From a virus (lineage: Duplodnaviria > Caudoviricetes), in the IMG/VR virus record IMGVR_UViG_3300011441_000023, positions 1-39,676 of that record: a stretch of DNA of 39,676 bases. The stretch is one strand, 5' to 3'. Position numbers and translations under genes: made by a program. The notes below the pieces were generated by a model. It had not been told where the DNA came from and made no database searches. It worked only from the letters and a program-made list of their open reading frames with translations. Shown here piece after piece: positions 22,798 to 32,207 of the stretch; position 1 is the stretch's first letter; the number at the start of each line of letters is the position of its first letter.

Positions 22798-23157
22798 ATG
22801 CGATGCGGACTCGTCCTGCTCGGGCTCCTGCTCCTGCCCACGGTTGCGCAAGCCCAGCGCCAGACTTTCCAACCACTCTCGGTCGAGGCGGTCGGTGATG
22901 TGGTCATGGGACCGCGTCTCGCCACCGCAGTGTCGGGGAAAGCCGCGCATCTGAAACTGGTCGGCCCCTCGCGAGTGTTGCTTGTGCTGGTGCCCTCGCC
23001 CTGTGGCGGGCTGATGATCTCGACCGTGCTGATGCGTGGCCCCGCGACCGTCCTGATCAACGCGGTCCTGATGCCAGCGACAGCCGACCTCGGGTCGGTG
23101 GCCGGTCACATCGCGACGGCGCTGGAACGCAGCGTCCTGGGTGGCGATCTACCATGA
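22798..23157 (+). CDS. Secreted/periplasmic protein (moron-like)
   Basis: Signal peptide MRCGLVLLGLLLLPTVAQA|Q; AAGGA RBS; opposite strand to the lysis genes. Confidence 0.6.
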   Translation: MRCGLVLLGLLLLPTVAQAQRQTFQPLSVEAVGDVVMGPRLATAVSGKAAHLKLVGPSRVLLVLVPSPCGGLMISTVLMRGPATVLINAVLMPATADLGSVAGHIATALERSVLGGDLP

Positions 23158-23167
23158 ACGAGGTCGA

Positions 23168-23350
23168 TCACCAGAGATCCGTCCAGCAGCGCGTGCACTG
23201 CCGGCCCAACGGGTCCGGTCGATGCCAGCCCAGCCCGCACGGAAACTGCACGATCCACAGGCACGCGCGGCTGAGCCGTGACGGCGCCCGAATCCGGTAC
23301 AGGCCGACCGGGCGGTCTAGGAGCTGCTTCATCAACCACCGCCGGGGCAT
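23168..23350 (-). CDS. Small protein with a C-x-x-G-W-H...C-x-R-C motif
   Basis: PCGLGWHRPDPLGRQCTRC; last gene of the late operon. Confidence 0.45.
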   Translation of the reverse strand: MPRRWLMKQLLDRPVGLYRIRAPSRLSRACLWIVQFPCGLGWHRPDPLGRQCTRCWTDLW

Positions 23351-23394
23351 GGCGTCTCAGTCGTATTCCTCGTACACCACGCGCCGCCAGAGCG

Positions 23395-23574
23395 CTATGG
23401 TGCCGGCGGCGTAGGGTTTGCCGTATCGGCCAGAAACCCTCTGCCCGTTCCGATGATGCGGTCGCGTCGCGCCTCGTAGCGGGCAATGATCTGCGCGTCG
23501 GTAAGATCCGGTTCCTTCCGCAGCCACGCCGCGATCTCCGGGATCAAAATCTGCGTGATGATCGCTTCGATCAT
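23395..23574 (-). CDS. Small lysis-region protein, 59 aa
   Basis: MIEAIITQILIPEIAAWL...; GGAGG RBS, ATGA-coupled to the lipoprotein gene. Confidence 0.65.
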   Translation of the reverse strand: MIEAIITQILIPEIAAWLRKEPDLTDAQIIARYEARRDRIIGTGRGFLADTANPTPPAP

Positions 23575-23951
23575 AGGAGCCCTCCGAGTAAAGCATCGAT
23601 CGACGCCACGTAGATCCGAAAGCGTTCGGTGTGCAGCGCCGGCACGTCCGCCTTCGCCTGCGTCCAGGCTTGCCGGACCATCGTGCGCCAATCCGATTGC
23701 GCGGCGTCCGCGAACTCCGCGATCTGCACCGTGGCAAACACGATCGCGCGCGCGGTCTCTGTGGGGAGATTGCCACTCTTATGCGCGTCGATGGCCGCAT
23801 TCTGCAAGCGCTCGACGCGCTGCAGGACCTGGTCGGCGGTGTACGCTTCTTTGCCCGGCTCGGTCACCACGCCGGCGGGCGGGCGGCACGCCACGACCAG
23901 CAGCGTGAGGACGAGCGCGACCACGGACCTGGGGGCACGGTTTCGCAACAT
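23571..23951 (-). CDS. Lipoprotein (spanin candidate)
   Basis: Basic N-terminus, hydrophobic stretch, lipobox LVVA|C; helical mature region; AAGGAG RBS. Confidence 0.7.
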   Translation of the reverse strand: MLRNRAPRSVVALVLTLLVVACRPPAGVVTEPGKEAYTADQVLQRVERLQNAAIDAHKSGNLPTETARAIVFATVQIAEFADAAQSDWRTMVRQAWTQAKADVPALHTERFRIYVASIDALLGGLL

Positions 23952-23962
23952 AATGATCTCCT

Positions 23963-24307
23963 TCAGGCTCTCAACTGCGGATGGGATTCGTCGAACTTCG
24001 TGAGCAGCTCGACCGCGTTCTGCAAGAGCGCCATCGTCGCCGGCGCGAGCGCCAGGCCGGCGGCGAGCTGCAGCTTGCTCACGAAATCCGCCGGCGGAAT
24101 GAGCGCATCGGGCGCCATCCCGCTCATGACGACCGAGAGCATGCCGACGAGCGACTGCAGGTAGACCCGCAGCACCCGAGTCACGGTGATGCGAGCCGGC
24201 GAGAGGGCCTTCACGAGGACGTCGGGCATGCTGCTCGGCGTTTCCGCCACCGTGTTGTTCGGGACGCCGTCTTCCCGTTTGGTGACGATCGTGGTGATGT
24301 CAGGCAT
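23963..24307 (-). CDS. Two-TM membrane protein (holin-like)
   Basis: Two hydrophobic segments; GAGGAG RBS; lies in the lysis region. Confidence 0.6.
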   Translation of the reverse strand: MPDITTIVTKREDGVPNNTVAETPSSMPDVLVKALSPARITVTRVLRVYLQSLVGMLSVVMSGMAPDALIPPADFVSKLQLAAGLALAPATMALLQNAVELLTKFDESHPQLRA

Positions 24308-24323
24308 GGATCTCCTCTGTGGG

Positions 24324-24458
24324 TTAGACGAGTAAGGTCAGGACGTAGAGCGCCAGGCCGGCGCCGATGAGGTTGACCCGCGAGGGCACGCCGAACGTGG
24401 CCAACACGAACGAGACGAACGCGAGCACGAGCAAGATCAGATCGAGCGTGAGCGTCAT
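24324..24458 (-). CDS. 44-aa two-TM membrane protein
   Basis: MTLTLDLILLVLAFVSFVLATFGVPSRVNLIGAGLALYVLTLLV; GGGGAGG RBS; not in the ORF track. Confidence 0.7.
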   Translation of the reverse strand: MTLTLDLILLVLAFVSFVLATFGVPSRVNLIGAGLALYVLTLLV

Positions 24459-24467
24459 TCCTCCCCC

Positions 24468-25610
24468 TTACCGTTCGAGATAGACGATGTTGTGCCGGTC
24501 GCCGGCCGTGCCCACGACGCGCCAGCCGTTGACGCCGACACGGTCCTCGGCGCGATGCTGCGTCGGCCGGATGACGACCGCCGTCGCCTTATTGCCCTGC
24601 AACTTCGCGTAGGTCCGGAGCGCGGTCGCATCGCTGTGCGCGATCGGGCACAGGCTCGCGCCCCCGCGCGTGTACTGCCCGAGCGGGGCGTCGAGCGGGA
24701 TCGCCCGCATCGCCGCAACCCACTGGCGCGCGCATTCCTGCGTGACTGGTCCTGGCACCACGGTGTCGATGCCCGCCGAGCTGTGGAACGTCGCGCCCGC
24801 GCTCATCAGCGCAGCGGCCGCCGCGTAGTCGAAGAAGTCCGCCGGCACGTTCGACCGACTGTTCCCGATCGGCACTTCGTCCGCGCCCGTCGGCTCGTCG
24901 AGCACGATGGGCGCGTGCACGCCGGCGAAGACGACGCGCTTGCCTTTGTAGGGGCCACCCGTCGCGATCGTGTTCCAGCCGTCGAAGAACTCTTCCGCAT
25001 CGTGCGGCGTGCGCGGCCACTCGGGCTTGCGCTCGGTGTGATACGTGAAGTAGTCGAGGACGGCCGGCATCGTCTGCGTGACGACGTTCCCGTTCACGAC
25101 GTCCTGGAAGCGATAGTTGCCCGACGCCTGGAACGCCGACCCGACGCGACCCATGCGCGCGACGTCCATGCCGTTTTTGAACGGCTCGTTGTTGTGCTCG
25201 CACGGATTCACACCGGCGACGATGGACTCGAGGTAGCGGCGCTGGTCGTCGTGGTTCGGCATCAGGATCTGCAGGTCGCCGGTCGTGAGCTCGGCATACA
25301 GCCCGCGCCGGCCGAGCTGCTCGAGCAGCGGCTGCACCTGGTCATTCGTGAGGATGAATGGCGCCATCCCGCGCTGGCGCGGGACAATGTCCATCGTCAG
25401 GAAGACCCGGACGACGTTGAAGCCGGTGTCCGCGTACCAGTCGAGCACGGGCCGCACGTCCTCACCGTTCGCGAGCCTGGCGCCCGCCAGGAAGCCGGAG
25501 ACGCCATTCCAGCGCCACGGCTCGGCGCCGGCGTGAATGAGGCGCCCGTGCGCCGAGAGCGGCGCGAGCTGGACGCGCGGGGCGGTGTCGGTGAGCAGCA
25601 GGAAGCTCAT
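24468..25610 (-). CDS. Clan GH-A-like (GH5-like) glycoside hydrolase
   Basis: TGFNVVRVF, acid/base NNEP, YFTYH, nucleophile-like PIVLDEP. Confidence 0.65.
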   Translation of the reverse strand: MSFLLLTDTAPRVQLAPLSAHGRLIHAGAEPWRWNGVSGFLAGARLANGEDVRPVLDWYADTGFNVVRVFLTMDIVPRQRGMAPFILTNDQVQPLLEQLGRRGLYAELTTGDLQILMPNHDDQRRYLESIVAGVNPCEHNNEPFKNGMDVARMGRVGSAFQASGNYRFQDVVNGNVVTQTMPAVLDYFTYHTERKPEWPRTPHDAEEFFDGWNTIATGGPYKGKRVVFAGVHAPIVLDEPTGADEVPIGNSRSNVPADFFDYAAAAALMSAGATFHSSAGIDTVVPGPVTQECARQWVAAMRAIPLDAPLGQYTRGGASLCPIAHSDATALRTYAKLQGNKATAVVIRPTQHRAEDRVGVNGWRVVGTAGDRHNIVYLER

Positions 25611-26638
25611 CAGTCCACCAACGGCAGCGCGTAGACGGCGCCCTGCGTCTCCGGGAACACGGCGCGCGTGCCCTCATCACGCAGGACTTCCCACGGCCCG
25701 GTCGTGCCCATCGGCCGCGTGTCGAGCTCGCCGCTCGGCTGCACCGAGAGCACGGTGTCGGGCGACCCGGTGGGATAGCGGACGGTGAAGAACCCCGCGC
25801 GCCCGGGCACGGGAATCAAATCACGTCGTGACAACACAAAGCTCGCCTGCATGTCGGTCTCCTCTGTCGGGGTTACGGGGACGGTGTAGGCGCTCGGCTT
25901 AAAGTCGCCCAGCGCGCCATCGGGGCCGCAGCGGCGAATCCCGTAGCGATGCTCCCGGTGTTCCATCGGCCCGTCGTTGATCTGAAAGGCCACGGCGGCC
26001 TCGGCCCCTTGCTCCGCCCAGAACGCCCACTCCTGGCTGAAGCACGCGGCCTGGTCGGCTTCGGTCAGGTCGTCCATCGTCGGGTAGCCGAACTCCGTCA
26101 CGATGAACGGCATCCCCACACCCATCGCGGCCTTGAGCCAGAACACTTCGCGCCCGCGCGACCCGAACCCTTGATGCGGATGCTCGAACGTACCGTCGCC
26201 GTAGCGGTGGACGCTGATGCCGTGGAGGCCGGCGGGCCAGCCGGGCACCGTGCCGGCATCACGGACCTCGTTCAGCCACTTCAGGGAGTCCGCGTCGAGG
26301 TTGGACAGCGCCGGCGCCCAGAGCTTGATACCTTGTAGGTCCACCAAACGACACGCCGCCTCGAGCTCGCGGCGGTACTCTTTCGGGTCGATGTCGCCGT
26401 CGGGCTCGTTCAGGAACTCAGCCCATTCGCCAGCCGGTATAAACTCCAGCCGCTGCAGGTCGACGACGGGCAGGGTCTGCAGCCCACACGTGCGGCACTC
26501 CTCGAGCATCTCGGTCATCACGGCGAGGTCGGCGGTTTGGCAATCGACCCGCGCGAGCGTGAACCCGAACGCGCGCACCTGGCGCAGCGTCTCGGTGCCG
26601 ATCGGCGCATTGAACGAGGTCTGAAGCCCATATTTCAT
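25610..26638 (-). CDS. Clan GH-A-like glycoside hydrolase with a small C-terminal beta module
   Basis: GFTLARVD, EFLNEPD, ISVHRY, PFIVTEFGYP, YGIRR..DG..KPS; C-terminal LSVQPSGELDTRP.GTTGPWE. Confidence 0.75.
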   Translation of the reverse strand: MKYGLQTSFNAPIGTETLRQVRAFGFTLARVDCQTADLAVMTEMLEECRTCGLQTLPVVDLQRLEFIPAGEWAEFLNEPDGDIDPKEYRRELEAACRLVDLQGIKLWAPALSNLDADSLKWLNEVRDAGTVPGWPAGLHGISVHRYGDGTFEHPHQGFGSRGREVFWLKAAMGVGMPFIVTEFGYPTMDDLTEADQAACFSQEWAFWAEQGAEAAVAFQINDGPMEHREHRYGIRRCGPDGALGDFKPSAYTVPVTPTEETDMQASFVLSRRDLIPVPGRAGFFTVRYPTGSPDTVLSVQPSGELDTRPMGTTGPWEVLRDEGTRAVFPETQGAVYALPLVD

Positions 26639-27024
26639 GCGACCCGCCCTGGCGTTCGTGGCGCCGGCACGACGTATTCAAAGTGCCCAAGGTCCGGGGT
26701 CGACCATCGTCCGCCCCAGCGCAGGCCGAGCTTCTCGCCGATCGCGCCGAGCCGGTACCACACGGGGTCGCCGCCGTCCCACTGCAGCTTGTCGGCCCCG
26801 TGCAAGTCGTAGAACGCGTACGGGCAGATGTCGATCGCGAGCCCGTCCAGGTGTTTGCTGTGCTTGATCCAGCTGACGCCCTTGGCCAGATTCGCGGAGT
26901 GCTCCGCCTGCGTGCGCAGGGTGTCGACGATGATGACGGGGATCTGCGCCTCGACGCAGCGCGCGAGCAGCGCCATCGCGATCGGGCGGAACACCGGCGA
27001 GAGGTCGTCCAAGGCGCGGCTCAT
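26635..27024 (-). CDS. Endolysin, M15 family Zn peptidase (L-Ala-D-Glu peptidase-like)
   Basis: LRTQAEH, SKHLDGLAID, GLRWGGRW..PDLGHFE. Confidence 0.9.
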   Translation of the reverse strand: MSRALDDLSPVFRPIAMALLARCVEAQIPVIIVDTLRTQAEHSANLAKGVSWIKHSKHLDGLAIDICPYAFYDLHGADKLQWDGGDPVWYRLGAIGEKLGLRWGGRWSTPDLGHFEYVVPAPRTPGRVA

Positions 27025-27278
27025 GGCAGGCGCTCGAAGGGTTGCCGGACGACCCGGCGCTCGCCCTCGATCATGTGCGTGTGGAGCGACTTCACGACTT
27101 CGGTGTTCTCTGTCATGGCGGCGGTGTTATCACGGACGACGGTGACGAGCAGCTCCGTCTGCCCCTTCCACTGCTCGGTAAACTGGCGCATGTCCTTCCG
27201 ATAGGAGTCGAAAATGAACGCCGCGAGCAATCCGCCGACCCCCAAACCAGACAGCCACTTCACAAAGTCAAGGTCCAT
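27021..27278 (-). CDS. Holin-like single-TM protein (BhlA-like)
   Basis: N-terminal TM GLGVGGLLAAFIF plus a coiled C-terminus; ATGA-coupled to the endolysin. Confidence 0.65.
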   Translation of the reverse strand: MDLDFVKWLSGLGVGGLLAAFIFDSYRKDMRQFTEQWKGQTELLVTVVRDNTAAMTENTEVVKSLHTHMIEGERRVVRQPFERLP

Positions 27279-27293
27279 CGACCATTCCTCTCG

Positions 27294-28130
27294 TTAGGTG
27301 ACTTCCAGCACGGCCTGCCCGAACACGTTCGTGGTGTTCGCAGCGGTCGCCCACTGCGCCGCGTTCAGCTTTTGAATGATGGCGCTCGTCCCACCCGCCG
27401 ACGATTGGATATAGCCCACCGTATTTCCGGCGCCGTTGTCGTTGTAGACCACGGGCGTGAGCGCCGTCCTCGCCGTCGTGAAGCTTCCCCAGAGCGCATT
27501 GCTCATCACCAGCGAGGTCGGGTCTCCTCCGCTCTGCGTCACGGACGTGGTGATGAGGTAGAACATGATGTGGACCCGGCGACCCTGCACGTAGTACGCC
27601 TGTGTCGTGACATCGCCGCTTGCCAGCGTCCACGCCCCAGCGGCCGAGGCCGTATAGTTGCCGGCCGCGAAGGTCGGGGTGATCCACGCGCCTTGTTCGT
27701 GCTGGACGAGCCGCCAGCGCGAGGCGTTGTCGTCGTAGACGTAGATCGCACAGCCGACGCCAGCGGCGAGCGGGGTGTTCCCCGTGGTCGCAAAGTTGAT
27801 GAGCCGGTTGGCCGCCGTCGAGCTGCCGCTTTGATGCGCGAGGAAGACATTCCCCGCCCCTGTGGAAATCAGGACGAGCCGCTTCCCGGGTTTCGCCGGT
27901 GACGCGGGCGCCACGATCCCGGTGATCGTCAGGTCCGACGCGTTGTTGAGGATGACGAGATCAGCCTCGGAGACACTGACGTTGTTTTGCGAGCCCGTGG
28001 AGGTGATCGAGGCCCGTGACCAGCGCGCATCGAGCGTGTCCCACACCGTCTGGAGCCAGGCGTTGGTGATCGGCGTGCCGCTGACATCATCGCCAATATC
28101 ATCAGTGACCGTCGTACGCGTAATAGACAT
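27294..28130 (-). CDS. Tail fibre / receptor-binding protein
   Basis: Last tail gene; N-terminal DD.GD..SGT.I.NAW anchor; C-terminal WITPTF...AYYVQGRRVHIMF beta-head-like pattern. Confidence 0.7.
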   Translation of the reverse strand: MSITRTTVTDDIGDDVSGTPITNAWLQTVWDTLDARWSRASITSTGSQNNVSVSEADLVILNNASDLTITGIVAPASPAKPGKRLVLISTGAGNVFLAHQSGSSTAANRLINFATTGNTPLAAGVGCAIYVYDDNASRWRLVQHEQGAWITPTFAAGNYTASAAGAWTLASGDVTTQAYYVQGRRVHIMFYLITTSVTQSGGDPTSLVMSNALWGSFTTARTALTPVVYNDNGAGNTVGYIQSSAGGTSAIIQKLNAAQWATAANTTNVFGQAVLEVT

Positions 28131-29711
28131 TTAGCTGCCTGCCTCGGGCTGAGACACGAGATCGACGAGATTCGCCAACCGTAAGGGCATGGCCGTGACT
28201 TCCCGCACCGGCCACGCGCCGACGTGTTTGCTTTTCAGCGGCCCGCACCGGTCAAACTCGGTGTAGCGCACCTCTTGAATCAGAAAATCGTCACTAATCG
28301 TCCCCAGGGTCACGGTGACCGTGCGCCCGGCGCGCGTACTCGTGTCCCTCGTCTTGTACGTGATGGATGCAATGGCGGCCCCGAGCGCATCCAGCTCCGC
28401 CGCGGCTTGCTCCTGCAACGTCGTCAGACTCAGCCGCCCGTCCTGAATCAGCATCTCGTGAATGCCGTCGCCCCCTTCGAGCGCCGCGAGCGCCGTCTGG
28501 GCGGCGGTGTCATCCACCAGGATCCGGCTGACGACGTCCTCTTCCATAGAAGCGTCGTACACGAGGCCCGCAGGAATCACGAGGGTATCCACCGCGGTGA
28601 AGGGGGTGCCCGCGCCGATCGTGCCCTGCAACGCATCGCTCCCCGCGCCGAAGTTACTGTCGGCGAGCGTCACCGTGTAGGGCCCCGCCCCCGTCACGCT
28701 CGCGACGTTCAAAATCTGATCGCCGATGCGAATGTAATTCGGCTTGATCCCACCGCCAGGGATAGGGACGTTGTCGTACCAGTCCAGGCTATCCACACTC
28801 AGTGTTGTTGCACCGACCGCCGCATCTGCCGAGAGCTTCGCCCCGAGCCGATTGCCATCCAGCACGGGAATAATCGCGTAGGTCGTGGTGAGCACGTCGC
28901 GTCCGATGCGGACGTAGGCCGGAAAGACATCGAAAATCGAGGCATCTTCCACCGGCAGACTGCCGACGGTGCCGTTCGGGACCACCGTGCGCAGGAGCCG
29001 CGTACGGCGCCCCTCCCCGATGATGCGCGTGCGGACCTGCCGTTCATCCTGCCGCGCGTCAAAGTCCCAGAAGTAGCGATTGCTGCTCGTGATGGAGGTG
29101 GGGTTGGGAAAGGACGCCGCTTCCGTGGTGAAGAAGTGGAGATCGCGATTCTCGTCGATGTACCAATCACACCCGGCATCGGTCGCGAGTCGTGATAGCA
29201 AGGTGCTGGGTCGTTCGTTCGTCGCGGGGAACGAGTCGATCGCGGAGAGTCCGCTCTGGACATGACCGTAGGTGAACCCAGTCGTGTAGCCGCTAATGAT
29301 CCCCATCGCGATGTCAGTGGCGGAATCGCCCGTCCATTCCGCGGTCACCAGTCGCCGGTCGAGGAGGAACGTGTAATCGATCGCATCGAGTTCGTAGCGA
29401 AGTTCCTCTCCAGCCCGCCCCTGCAACTGGCGAAAGGCTACGATGGTGCCGCCGAAGATCCGCGTGCCGGTGGTGAAATCCCCCCCAAGCGCGATCACGA
29501 CACTCTGGCCCACGGCCGGCGTCACAGTGTCGCGTACGATGAACGTGGCGCGATCGGGCTGCTCGTTCAACCGTTGCTCGATCTGCAGCGTGTTCAGCAC
29601 AACATAGCGCGCCCGGTCAGTGCCGTTGATCTTGATCACTAAGTTCGGGTAGAACGACCCAAACCGGGACGCACCGAACCGGGCGACGCCGAACCTGGCC
29701 TGGAGACTCAT
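28131..29711 (-). CDS. Tail tip / hub protein
   Basis: Follows the tape measure; IFGGTI, AIDYTFLLDRRLV, DWYIDENRDLHFF, TRIIGEG. Confidence 0.75.
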   Translation of the reverse strand: MSLQARFGVARFGASRFGSFYPNLVIKINGTDRARYVVLNTLQIEQRLNEQPDRATFIVRDTVTPAVGQSVVIALGGDFTTGTRIFGGTIVAFRQLQGRAGEELRYELDAIDYTFLLDRRLVTAEWTGDSATDIAMGIISGYTTGFTYGHVQSGLSAIDSFPATNERPSTLLSRLATDAGCDWYIDENRDLHFFTTEAASFPNPTSITSSNRYFWDFDARQDERQVRTRIIGEGRRTRLLRTVVPNGTVGSLPVEDASIFDVFPAYVRIGRDVLTTTYAIIPVLDGNRLGAKLSADAAVGATTLSVDSLDWYDNVPIPGGGIKPNYIRIGDQILNVASVTGAGPYTVTLADSNFGAGSDALQGTIGAGTPFTAVDTLVIPAGLVYDASMEEDVVSRILVDDTAAQTALAALEGGDGIHEMLIQDGRLSLTTLQEQAAAELDALGAAIASITYKTRDTSTRAGRTVTVTLGTISDDFLIQEVRYTEFDRCGPLKSKHVGAWPVREVTAMPLRLANLVDLVSQPEAGS

Positions 29712-31882
29712 CGCGCCCGGGCCTTCCGCTTCAATTGGATGTCGCCATCAAGCACGTCGCGCACCGTTTGCCCGAGCCGCCGGCGCGCGCTGAGGGAGTT
29801 GTACTCGCCACTGGCGTACACAGTGACTTGGTTGACGACGCCGCCAGGCGTGGCCCCGCGGTTGCGCGCGTGCAGCTCTGACGCGCCCATGTTCGCCATC
29901 GCGCGACGATTGAGGATGCCTTCCCCGGTCTGGCCGATGATGACGCGCTCGTCAGGCATCAACCCGCCGCTGTGATACCTGGCGAGTCCGTGCGTCCCGA
30001 TGAGGCCGCCTGCATGGGCCTCGTTGTTGTTGCCGTCGTAGTCGGGCACCTTGGGGGGATCGGGCCAATCCGACCACGGCGCCTCGGGGCGAGGGATGCG
30101 CCGTAGCACGTCGTTGATGCGATCCACCGCGGCCTTCGCGGCGTCGGCGCCATACTTCTCCGCCTCCCACATGGCTTTCACATCAGCGAGGGCCTCTTGT
30201 TCCGTCTTCCCGATCGCGAGATAGGCATCGCGGACGACGATGACCGTCTTCTTCCACTCTTCGTTGCCGGCTTCGATTTTCTGGGCGTTGGTGAGCATAA
30301 GGTCGATGTTCTTGGCGAACTCCTTGACGACTTCGCGCCCGGCAATTTCTTTCGCGTCTGGCCCGCCGAACAGGCCCTTGAGTTTCTGGCCGATCACGAT
30401 GAGGCCGTCTACGATCGGTTTCGCGAACTTCGCGAGGAACGGCCCGACGACCGGGATCATCTCCAGTAGTGACGCGGCCGTCTCCGTCGCAAATTGTTTG
30501 ACGGCACCGAGCGCGCTCCTCGCATCCCCGCGAACGAGACCACCGATCACGCCGTCGGAAAGCCGCTGAAAAGACTGGGCGACTTTCCCGGTCGCCTGCT
30601 CCGTCGGCGCGACCATCAGGCCGCCGAGCTTGGAAAACTCAGTCCCGATGCCACGGATCATGTCCGGGACGAAGGAGTGCCCGACCACCTGGTCGTACAT
30701 CTTCTGGAAGAAGCCGATCACGGCGTCAACCTTCTGCTGGATGCTCGCCACGATCGCGTTGAACTTGTCGACCATGTAGAGCTTTACGGCGTCGTACACC
30801 CCCATGACGATCGGCTTGATCTGATCCCAGTTCTTCCAGATGAATCGGATCGCATCGATGGCCGCCTGTAAGGGCGGGAAGAAGGCCATCAGCGTGCCGA
30901 TCGCGAGACCGACGCCGCCCAAGATGGGAATCACCAACCCGCTGAGCATCCCCCACATCGTGGAGAACGCGCCGGTGACGGCGCCAGTCGCCGTAGTGAG
31001 GTAGCCCATCGCAATCGGACCACCGCCCAGTGAGGCGATGAGGCCTGCGACGCCGGCGACGAGCGGCCCGAGGACCACGGTCAGCGTCGTGACGGCAAAC
31101 GTGAACGTCTGGACGGGTTGTGGGAGCTTGCCGAAGAGATTCAGAATCGGCGTGAGGGCACGCGCGATCGTCTCGCCGACCTGTTCCTTGAAGTCGTCAA
31201 ACCGGTTGCCCAGATTCGCCATCTTGCCGTTGTACGTGTCGAGCTGTGCCTGGGCTTGGCCGCCGAACTTCTTGTTGATCGCTTCCATGACGGCGCCCGC
31301 GGCATCGGTCTTCAGCTTCGTCTCGTCGATGACGATGCCGTACCGTTTCAGCGTGCCTGTCTCGCCAGCAAAGGCTTTCCCGACGAGCATCGTGGCTGTT
31401 CTCAGGTCAATGTCCAAACCCGCCGCGAGGTCGGTCGCCGCCTTGAGGGCGCCGCCCATTTGCTTCGGCATCACATTGCCGACCTGCGTCAGCAACGCCT
31501 GCATTTCGGTGATCAGCTCGTCGGAAAACGTGGTCGTCTTCTGGAACGTCGCGGCGAGGGCCTCATACTGCTTGATCACCGCCGGCGTGGCCGTGCCCTG
31601 CGCCTGCAGCGCCGTGGTGAGCTTCTTGATCGCCGATTCCTGCGCGCCGAAGGATTCGAGGCTCTTGCCGGAGAACTTCGCGATGTTCTGGAATCCCTGC
31701 TCGATCTGCCGCAGGCTTTCTTTCACGCCTTCGGTCTTGAGCAGGGCCTTCATCATGTTGTCGGCGCCCTTGCCCGCTTCGGCCCCTGAATCCGCAATCC
31801 CGTCAAGTTGACGGTCCACGTCCGCCAGGGCGCGTTTCGCCTGCGCATCGTCGACATTGATCCGGATGTTCAGGTCAGCCAT
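29708..31882 (-). CDS. Tape measure protein, 724 aa
   Basis: Ala-rich helical protein; AATDLAAG, LKRYGIVID, VVGHSFVPDM and HSGG..PDE...GEGIL motifs; follows the G/GT chaperones. Confidence 0.92.
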   Translation of the reverse strand: MADLNIRINVDDAQAKRALADVDRQLDGIADSGAEAGKGADNMMKALLKTEGVKESLRQIEQGFQNIAKFSGKSLESFGAQESAIKKLTTALQAQGTATPAVIKQYEALAATFQKTTTFSDELITEMQALLTQVGNVMPKQMGGALKAATDLAAGLDIDLRTATMLVGKAFAGETGTLKRYGIVIDETKLKTDAAGAVMEAINKKFGGQAQAQLDTYNGKMANLGNRFDDFKEQVGETIARALTPILNLFGKLPQPVQTFTFAVTTLTVVLGPLVAGVAGLIASLGGGPIAMGYLTTATGAVTGAFSTMWGMLSGLVIPILGGVGLAIGTLMAFFPPLQAAIDAIRFIWKNWDQIKPIVMGVYDAVKLYMVDKFNAIVASIQQKVDAVIGFFQKMYDQVVGHSFVPDMIRGIGTEFSKLGGLMVAPTEQATGKVAQSFQRLSDGVIGGLVRGDARSALGAVKQFATETAASLLEMIPVVGPFLAKFAKPIVDGLIVIGQKLKGLFGGPDAKEIAGREVVKEFAKNIDLMLTNAQKIEAGNEEWKKTVIVVRDAYLAIGKTEQEALADVKAMWEAEKYGADAAKAAVDRINDVLRRIPRPEAPWSDWPDPPKVPDYDGNNNEAHAGGLIGTHGLARYHSGGLMPDERVIIGQTGEGILNRRAMANMGASELHARNRGATPGGVVNQVTVYASGEYNSLSARRRLGQTVRDVLDGDIQLKRKARAR

Positions 31883-32207
31883 GTGTGGGCACGGGACACC
31901 GGCACTCGTGAATCACGTGCAACTGCTCGAAGAGGCTCCGGGCCTCATCCTGGGTCAGTCGCAAGCCCAATAATTCAAACGCCAGCGGCTCAAGATGAAA
32001 GTCCACGACCACCCGCCGCGCTAAGAGGTCGTACACCTCGAGCGCCTGGAGATTGCCGCTCGTCAACGTCTGCCGCGCGATCCGGACGGCGCAGGTCTCG
32101 CACTGGTAGAGCTCGGGTTCCTGGTCGAGTTCCTCCTGTGTCGCCCGCAGGCAACAGGTGACGTGCTTCAGCTCACCTTGCTCAAGGTCGAGGTAGGTTT
32201 CGAGGGT
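31875..32207 (-). CDS. Tail assembly chaperone GT extension (-1 frameshift product, about 239 aa fused)
   Basis: The -1 frame after the A8 slippery run reads KKTLETYLDLEQGEL...CETC...; it has no convincing independent start. Confidence 0.75.
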   Translation of the reverse strand, partial: TLETYLDLEQGELKHVTCCLRATQEELDQEPELYQCETCAVRIARQTLTSGNLQALEVYDLLARRVVVDFHLEPLAFELLGLRLTQDEARSLFEQLHVIHECRCPVPTHG

